Below the pieces are notes generated by a model. That model had not been told where the DNA came from, did not search any database, and was given only the letters and a program-made list of their open reading frames with translations. Of a stretch of DNA of 64,000 bases, positions 56,793 through 64,000 are shown in pieces. The stretch comes from Nitrospirales bacterium (lineage in GTDB: Bacteria; Nitrospirota; Nitrospiria; Nitrospirales; UBA8639). The DNA lies in the NCBI GenBank assembly GCA_965203295.1, contig CBDBCZ010000014.1, positions 832,001 through 896,000 on the forward strand. Direction: 5' to 3'. Each line of letters begins with the position of its first letter. Positions within the stretch are counted from its first letter, which is position 1. The position numbers were made by a program, and so were the translations under genes.

Positions 56793-57105
56793 TATTTCCC
56801 ACGCTGCGCATGCGTGAGCGGGATTAATAAGTTTTGTTTGTCTGTCGTAGTTGTTGTCGTCACCTGTGATAATAATTTCGAAAACCTTTCGAATGGGCGA
56901 TTCAGAGGCTATAACATCACAAAGCAGGAGGTAACAATTGAAATCCCCAAAAATTGATGCCTATGTACCTGACAGTGACCAAAACGATTCTTGTCTTCGC
57001 ATGTCTAGCTCTTTATTATTCAACATCAGTAAGGTCCAAATACAAAAGACCGGGCATACACAGCCTCTTGACGTGTACATACTGAAGTAGGTATACGTAG
57101 AGAAG
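56793..57105. mobile_element. Possible Helentron/HINE-like element
   Basis: Terminal hairpin (CCCACGCTGCGCATGCGTGAGCGGG) followed by GTCT/GTC microsatellite-like sequence. Right end uncertain. Confidence 0.4.
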
Positions 57106-57655
57106 TGTCCGTACCATTACTACGACAATTGTCACACCTACAGTATGGATACGGCAATACACGAGCACGGTATACGGGTCTGCGGTCCACGCTGCTGAGT
57201 CTAGGAGTGTATGTGTGTGTGTGGGGGGGGGGGGGGGTGGGAGGGCACATGTATATCTCTGCTAGAGACTTACAGTTATACAGCAGTGATTGATACTGAA
57301 CACGCACTCTTAATGTACGTACCTGTGCTCTCCATATTTTATTAACAAACTGCTGTACATAATGGGCACTGTATTTATGCTCACGTATCCCACTTTCTCT
57401 CATCAGACTTAGGAGTCAGAAAGATGTGCCTGGTGTTGATCACTATTTCTTTGTGTTTATCCTTTCAGGTTGGTATTTTGGCAGTGTGTGCTCCACCAAT
57501 TCCACTTTGGTGTATCCTTGCAACTCAGCACATTTTGAGGTATAGTATGACAAGCTACAAATGTATGTATTGTTATAATATTACTATAACTGCTGTAATT
57601 ATTATTGCGTGCACATGGAAACCTAGATTACTGAAGTGATTGGTTGTAGCATGTG

Positions 57656-57843
57656 TGTGATACCGCACGTGATTCTAACCTACATTACGTAACATTCTAG
57701 AACATTCGGACCTCGTGGTGTTGACAGTGTTGTATTATCTGACTTTGGTGCTGTCTTGTTCTTTTTGCTATATATCATTTGTTATAGGCGGTTTGTCACA
57801 TAAATATACGCCAGACTGCGGCCGCCTAACGGCGAGCGTCGCA
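57656..57843 (+). repeat. 5' LTR
   Basis: TGTGATACC...GCGTCGCA, direct repeat of 60701-60888. Confidence 0.95.
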
Positions 57844-57845
57844 AA

Positions 57846-57863
57846 TGGAGGTCGATGCCGAGA
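57846..57863 (+). promoter_or_regulatory. Primer-binding site, tRNA-Gln-like
   Basis: TGGAGGTCGATGCCGAGA 2 nt after the LTR; imperfectly complementary to a tRNA-Gln 3' end (...CTCGGTGGGACCTCCA). Confidence 0.6.
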
Positions 57864-57936
57864 CAGCGAGAACTCAATTCAGCTAGCTAGAGCGAGTAAC
57901 TGCCTCGAATTGTAAACTGGATTCATTGGAGCAAAG

Positions 57937-60705
57937 ATGGCACGAGAAACTAAGTCACAGTTGAAGCAGCGAGTGGAAGACCTAAAGGTCAAATTGAGAG
58001 AAGCAGAACAGAGAGCTGAAGCGGTCGAAATTGATACTGAAGAGCTGGAGACGGCCAAGCGAGAGAGAGGCGTCGCGAGAAAGGCCGAGAGGAAGCTCAG
58101 GGGCGAGTTAGAGGCGGCCAAAGGCCGTGCCGATAACTTGGATCGAGAACTGGCAGAGGCTACTGCAGAACTCTCCACAGCCCTAGACCGTGTTGCTGCT
58201 CTTGAAGAAGGGCGTGGTTCCGCATGTGACGAGGATCACGAGGTCGCAATCAGAGAATTGCAAGATCAGCGGGATGAGGCTCGTGATGACGCAGATCGTA
58301 AGCAATGGGAAGTCGAACAGCTTAAAAGGGACTTGGAACTGGAAACAATGAGGGCTAAAGAGAGTGCCAGAGGAGAACTGCAAGTGGCTCATGCCCTGGA
58401 GCTCCAAACCCGTGATGATTTGGTGCGACTATTGGAGTCGCGAGTAGCCGAGTTGGAGAAACAGCTCCAGAAGAGTAGTCAGGAGGCCACTGCGTCTCAG
58501 GGTGGCGTTGAAGCTAGAGGAGGCGGGTCATCGCGATCCCCTGGAACCGGGAGTGAGAGCTCTGCCTCATGGACACTGGGGTCAGAGGGAATTAATCCAG
58601 GACCCCCAACCCGAAAGCTGACACTGCCACCGCTGCCGAAGTTTACCGGAGAGAAGGCAGACGAAGATGCCTTTGAGCGCTGGTCTCGTCGGTTGTTACG
58701 ACATGCTGAATTAGAGAAGTGGACGGATCGTGAGAAGCTGCTCCAGTTGGAGATACACTTGGCTGGTCGGGCAGAACAAGTCTACGAAGTTCTCCCGTCT
58801 GAGTCTAGATCCACTTTCTCTAAGGCAGTGGAAGCCTTAAAGCAGAGGCTTCACCCAGTCAAAAGTGAGGCACTCCTGTCGGCACAATTGATGAGAAGAA
58901 AGCAGCAGTACTTGGAGTCTGTGGATCAGTATGCGCAGGAGTTCGAGAGTTTGTTTGAGAAGAGTTACGGAAGAAGAGCGGGGATGGATACTTCCTCGAA
59001 AGAGATGCTCAAAAGAGATCTCTTTGTCCAAGGCCTCATCCTTAAGTGGCAGAAGAAGGTCTTACCCTCAGCAGCCACATTCAGTGATGCCCTCCACCAG
59101 GCTCGCTTGGCTGAAGAGCAACACAGGCAGCTGGACGAGTTGCACAAGGGCTGTCAGCAGGAGCGGCCACAGCCGAAGAAGACGACAGAGAAAACTGCTG
59201 ACCCTGGGAATGCTGGTGGTGATGATGTCGAGAAGCAGACATCGAGTACCCTGCCCTCGAGCTCCACCGTGAGTCGACCATTACGTTGTTTCAAGTGTGG
59301 AAGTCTTCACCACAAGGCACGAGAATGTCCCCTGCGACAACCTCCCACTGAGTCCCCTGGTCGAGCGGGGACCAGGACTGCTACTAGTTCCACTGTGACC
59401 GCCGCACACAACTCCTCGCCTGAGCCGTTGCAGGATAGATGTCTCCGCCTGCAGAAGGAGTGGACCACTGCGGAACACCAGAGGATGACAGCCGATTACC
59501 AGACGTATGCAGAAGTTGGCAAAGTGACGGCAGCCATTGGGCCTTTGTTCTATGCCACGGTGAGGGTCGAGGGGGTGCCACTTCAAGCCACGCTAGACCC
59601 TGGATCTTCAGCGACCATAATCCCGTACAGTTTATTCAGGGAAATTGGGAAGAAGGCCCGTATCCCCGCTGAGTCGCTGCAGCCTCCCGACGTCACTTTG
59701 CGAGACTACAACCAGGGGCCTATCCTCGTTGGAGCCCGAGTCGAGCTAACGTTCGCATGGAAAGACAGAGGTGTCACTACACTGGCGTACATACGCTCAG
59801 AGCTGACTGGCAGTAACGACTCCTGTCTCTTGGGGACGAACGTAATCGTGCCCCTAGGACTAATGGTGCCAGACCAGGGAGTGGAGGCACGTGGAGGAGC
59901 CGAACCCATTGAGCCAGCGACGGTGAGTGAAGCACAAGTACACGTAGTTGGGGCTGCTCGAATCCCCATCCGTTCTGCTGTAGTGGTAACTGCAGAGATC
60001 CGTAATCTTTCGGAGAAACAGCCAATGCTGTTTGAGCCTGATGACACGTGGCTAGCCGAGTCGAGGTTACAAGTGGAAGACTCACTGCTGGACCTCGATG
60101 AAACAGGGCAAGTGAGCCTGGTGATTCATAACCCGACTGGTGAATCGCTGAGGCTGGATGCTGGTGATAGCATCAGAGTGGCTACAGCTTGCCTGGATCC
60201 TGACCACCCTGAGGGGGCTGTGTCCGAGATAGCCTCAATGGAGGAGGTGTCAGACGTCCAAGTCAACCTTGTGCATCCAGAATGCACTGCAACTAGCCAA
60301 ACCAGGGAGAGAGAGTTGAGCCGGATGCTTGACATTGGCACAGATCAACTCACTCCAGAGGAGGTGGCGAAAGTCCGTAGTTGTGTGCTGCAAGCCCACG
60401 ATATCTTCGCTGTGGAAAAGAGCGAGCTCGGAAATGTGAGTGAAGTCCAGCATCGTATTGAGACTGCGATCTCTAAGCTAGTTGATCGACCTGACCAAGA
60501 CCCAATTCGTGTTAATCTCGATCGTGTCAGCAAGTGTTCCTGTGAACTACCAGACGTGTCCTGGTTAGGCCCACGAGCACGACGACACCGGCGACGGAAG
60601 CCACGTCAATCCGGAAGGCAAGCTGGAGAGCGCCTACCGGAGACCGACCAAGATGGAGCCCGTGTCATTCGAGGACGTGTGAAGAAGAGGAGGCGGGTAT
60701 TGTGA
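57937..60705 (+). CDS. gag: Gag-protease polyprotein fused in frame to the integrase C-terminal tail (922 aa)
   Basis: N-terminal coiled coil; capsid LPKFTGE...FERW; knuckle CFKCGSLHHKAREC; protease LDPGS; RT lead-in HDIFAVEKSELG...QHRIET; then directly ...IRVNLDRVSKC. No YxDD, RNase H, HHCC or DDE motifs. Confidence 0.92.
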   Translation: MARETKSQLKQRVEDLKVKLREAEQRAEAVEIDTEELETAKRERGVARKAERKLRGELEAAKGRADNLDRELAEATAELSTALDRVAALEEGRGSACDEDHEVAIRELQDQRDEARDDADRKQWEVEQLKRDLELETMRAKESARGELQVAHALELQTRDDLVRLLESRVAELEKQLQKSSQEATASQGGVEARGGGSSRSPGTGSESSASWTLGSEGINPGPPTRKLTLPPLPKFTGEKADEDAFERWSRRLLRHAELEKWTDREKLLQLEIHLAGRAEQVYEVLPSESRSTFSKAVEALKQRLHPVKSEALLSAQLMRRKQQYLESVDQYAQEFESLFEKSYGRRAGMDTSSKEMLKRDLFVQGLILKWQKKVLPSAATFSDALHQARLAEEQHRQLDELHKGCQQERPQPKKTTEKTADPGNAGGDDVEKQTSSTLPSSSTVSRPLRCFKCGSLHHKARECPLRQPPTESPGRAGTRTATSSTVTAAHNSSPEPLQDRCLRLQKEWTTAEHQRMTADYQTYAEVGKVTAAIGPLFYATVRVEGVPLQATLDPGSSATIIPYSLFREIGKKARIPAESLQPPDVTLRDYNQGPILVGARVELTFAWKDRGVTTLAYIRSELTGSNDSCLLGTNVIVPLGLMVPDQGVEARGGAEPIEPATVSEAQVHVVGAARIPIRSAVVVTAEIRNLSEKQPMLFEPDDTWLAESRLQVEDSLLDLDETGQVSLVIHNPTGESLRLDAGDSIRVATACLDPDHPEGAVSEIASMEEVSDVQVNLVHPECTATSQTRERELSRMLDIGTDQLTPEEVAKVRSCVLQAHDIFAVEKSELGNVSEVQHRIETAISKLVDRPDQDPIRVNLDRVSKCSCELPDVSWLGPRARRHRRRKPRQSGRQAGERLPETDQDGARVIRGRVKKRRRVL

Positions 60706-60888
60706 TACCGCACGTGACTCTAACCTACATTACGTAACATTCTAGAACAATCGGAACTCGTGGTGTTGACAGTGTTGTATTATCTGACTTTGGTGCTGTC
60801 TTGTTCTTTTTGCTATATATCATTTGTTATAGGCGGTTTGTCACATAAATATACGCCAGACTGCGGCCGCCTAACGGCGAGCGTCGCA
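60701..60888 (+). repeat. 3' LTR
   Basis: Preceded by the PPT GAAGAAGAGGAGGCGGG (60681-60697). Confidence 0.95.
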
Positions 60889-61129
60889 TGTGCATGCATG
60901 GTGCTTCTTGTGTGCATGCACATTTAGCTAGTACTCTTACTCCCCTCTCGAAGGGCCTCTAGCACTGTATAGGCCCTCAAATTATACATGTAGGCAGAGT
61001 TAGAACGAAAATTTGCTGTACCTAGTACTGTCATACTGTTCCAGATACAGTGGATTCAACCACTCTATTATGGACCATTTGGGGACCTGGTGAAGTGTCC
61101 TTTATAGAGAGCTGTCCTCATTTCAGGGG

Positions 61130-61610
61130 TATTTGACTAGTCGGAGCGTGCAACCGCACGAACTGCTGGTTCTAAGATTGCTTTATGTTTTCCGCCATTG
61201 TCTGTCTGTTTGTACGTTTGCACTTATCACGTGCACAATACATATCATCATACATCAGAGTAAGCCACTAATGATCGGCCGCCAAGTATATTCGGTCGCG
61301 CTAGCTCCAAGCTCGTAAATTACGGAAAGTGGTTGTGGCCGTTGATTGATAGTATAGACCCTTCGCAGTTTGAGTTGAAAGTTAGGTGTTCCTCCTTTGC
61401 TTGTTTTTGGAATAGCCTTCCAAATTTTAAATTCGGACACAGCTATGATCACATGAATGTACATGTATGTATTGTCGGACCGTGTTTCCTCCCTGAAGTG
61501 ACTTTCTGTGATCTTTTTTATTAGTGGGAAGCCCCACTACCATACTGCCACACACCAACCTTTCGCCATCGCAGCTACTTTGAGCACGGAGGGGTGCTAT
61601 TAGAGCTGTG
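61130..61610. mobile_element. Possible Helentron/HINE-like element, abutting a TA-CAGTGG mariner-type MITE end at ~61047-61130
   Basis: Hairpin CGTGC-AACC-GCACG followed by a TGTCTGTCTG tract. Boundaries uncertain. Confidence 0.35.
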
Positions 61611-62229
61611 TCACACTCTTTATAATCGGACAGTGAAATTTTGCATTTTTTCTGTGTAGAGATCCCATAACCCTCTCCAACACTAGGATTCGGATATTGT
61701 TAGAAAGTTAACAGGTACTTAGCAGCACAACAGTGCAAGCCCGGTGTTCATACGTAGTATGGTTCCGAGATAGAGAGAGATAAAGCTGTTTGTCTTGATT
61801 GCTTCCAAAAATTATAATGTTGAAGCTTTTAGTGTACGAAATCAGGTAAAACAGCTCTATCTCAGGAAGGACACAATGTATAAACATAAGACTTGCACCG
61901 TTGCGTTGCTAAATGTCTGTACATGCATTTCCAACAATATCCAAATCCTAGCGTTGTAGAGTGTTATGGGGTCCTTACACTAAAAAAAGTCGAAATCCAC
62001 TGTCCGATTGTAGAGAGGGTGACATGGCTCTACATTCAACAGCACCCGTCTGTGCTCAAAGCAGCTACGATAGCGAAAGGTCACCGAAAGTTGCTTCAGG
62101 GAGGAAAGACGGCACGAAGTCCAACAATACATGCATTTGTCCAATCACATCTGTATCCAAATTTTAACTTTGGAAGGCTATAGCTCCAGAACCAAGCAAT
62201 GCAGCAACACCAAACTTTCAACTCAAAGT

Positions 62230-63843
62230 GCGAAGGGCCTGTACTATCGATTGAAGGCCCCATCAGCTAAGCATTCACAACACAAAAAACAGCTAGCAGA
62301 GAAACGAAGCGGAGAGCATGATGATGATTCCCAAGCCTTGAAGTCGTACGAGCAGGAAGTTCATCCTTGGGGTGAGACTCTTTCTGAGGCTCATAAGCTG
62401 TGGCGCGTGAAGGTGGTGGCGGCGTTCATGAGGGCTGGTGTTCCATTAGCAAAGCTCCATCATTTTAGAGATTTACTAGAGGAGCATGCTTACAGCCTAA
62501 GTGACAGATGTGGCATGTGTGACCTGATTCCATTTGTTCAGTCAGAAGAGCAGCAGTGAATTAGAGCTGAGCTACAAGGGAAAAAGATCTTTGTCATTTT
62601 TGATGGTACTACCCGTCTAGGAGAAGCACTGGTTATAGTAGTCAGGTTCATTGATGGCTTTGTGATCAAGCAACGCTTAGTTTGCTTTTCAACCCTTACA
62701 AAGTCCTTGACAGGAGAGGAGCTAGCTAGAGTGCTGATTAGTGTTCTCTCATTTGAGTATGGAATCACATCAGATAGGTTGTTAGCTGCAATGCGAGATA
62801 GAGCCAGCGTGAATGGGGTTGCAATGCGCACGATCAAGGTTGTGTTCCCTGACATGATTGATGTAGGCTACTATTCTCACACCATTGACCTTGTTGGGGA
62901 TAAGTTTCGAACACCGATCCTTGACACTTCCATTCGACTGTGGGTCTCCCTCTTCGCCCATAGCCCTCGAGCTAGGTTATGGTGGAAGAATAAAACAGGA
63001 AAGGCCATGACTTCCTACAGTTCCGCCCGCTGGTGGAACAAGTGGAAAGTTATGTCCCAGGTAATGAGCTACTTTGGTGGTGTAGCTCCTTTCCTGCAGG
63101 CTAACCCTGAGATGTCGCCAGCAACAAATCAAAAACTGCTGGAGATGCTTCAGAATCCCACTGTAAGGCCTTATGTTCAGATGGAGCTAGCTGCTGTAGT
63201 GGATGCCGGTGATGCCTTCGTAAAGGCCACCTATAACCTGGAGGGAGGTGGGCCTGTAGTGCTCAGGTGCTATGAGATATTAAACACACTGACTGCCGGC
63301 ATACAAGTAGGCCACTACCCAAATGTGTGGGCTATTGCCCAGACACTGTCAGGAAGGTCACCAGCGACCTTTCAGCAGTGGGTTCAGTATGCCCATACAT
63401 GCATTAAGCCTGGCCTCCAATATTTTCTGGACAAATTCACACAAGAATTGAGTGGAAGTGTGGCGGCATTCAAGGCTGCTCGCCTCTTTCTTCCACAGAA
63501 AGTGGTTGAGCTCAAACCGGATGCAGCTGCAGTAGATTCACTGCAGGCCTTCCTTTTCCTTAAGGCATCAATTCTGGTAAATTTTAAGTCTGAATTGCCA
63601 AGCTACCTAGCCAAGGCAGCAGACATTGATGCTCAGACAGACCCACTGGTCTGGTAGAAATCTCACCATGCTGACCTCACTCACTGGTCTACTGCCGCTG
63701 CTGATATTCTTCTAGTGCAGCCATCTTCAGCTACTGCAGAGCAGGTTTTCTCCCTGCTGAAGGCATCTTTCGGACCACAGCAGGATGTCACCCTAAATGA
63801 CTATATCCAAACATCCCTCATGCTCCAGTACAACAATCGTTAA
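62230..63843 (+). pseudogene. Decayed hAT-superfamily transposase
   Basis: RVKVVAAFMRAGVPL, VIFDGTTRLGEAL (first Asp), RDRASVN (second Asp), RWW, and a dimerisation motif LVQPSSATAEQVFSLL...MLQYNNR*. In-frame stops at 62557-62559 and 63655-63657. 5' end degraded; TIRs not found. Confidence 0.88.
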
Positions 63844-64000
63844 CCGACCATTCTAACTGAGATTCTCTTGTTATGTCATTGATATGTTCACTATAATGTA
63901 AACTGCATGCATGTGCAATTGAGTTGATCACATATTTACCACATTTGAGTCAGTCAACGTTACATGAAATGCCAAAAGTCCATGATATGGACTCATGTCA

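Larger units (their letters stand above)
57656..60888 (+). mobile_element. Ty3/Gypsy-type LTR retrotransposon, non-autonomous (pol deleted)
   Basis: 188-bp LTRs TG...CA at 57656-57843 and 60701-60888 with 3 substitutions seen. TGTG 4-bp TSD, PBS and polypurine tract present. Confidence 0.95.

Noticed and set aside
58183..60533. Antisense and alternate-frame ORFs within the LTR element
   Set aside because: Shadow ORFs of a GC-rich coding sequence.

Overview
Eukaryotic animal genomic DNA, most likely a sponge or other non-bilaterian. This is inferred from GT-AG introns, phase-1 EGF/SRCR/Ig exons, (CCCTAA)n tracts and palindromic CCCAG...CTGGG hairpin repeats. Most of the window is a near-identical tandem segmental duplication: 1-~24.0 kb recurs at 28786-~51.1 kb, offset ~28.8 kb. 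Copy 1 ends in an inverted-duplication junction (23523-25607). The duplicated unit is a mosaic of gene fragments: the 3' end of a two-Ig-domain gene, an EGF-EGF-SRCR pseudogene, an inverted pair of FHAD1-like coiled-coil exon triplets and a FAM166/CIMIP2-like pseudogene. TM/ITIM-like receptor exons lie between the copies. The unit also holds many transposon remnants: a pogo-type deletion derivative carrying a convergent HIRAN-like ORF start, Kolobok-type MITEs, a SINE embedded in (TG)n, LINE fragments, and a copy-1-only insertion containing telomere-like repeats. The unique right end has an NPHP3/NACHT-like exon, a foldback element, a young Gypsy-type LTR element whose RT-RNaseH-integrase region is deleted in frame (intact 922-aa Gag-protease ORF), and a decayed hAT-type transposase. 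All family assignments are motif recognition by eye; no searches were run.
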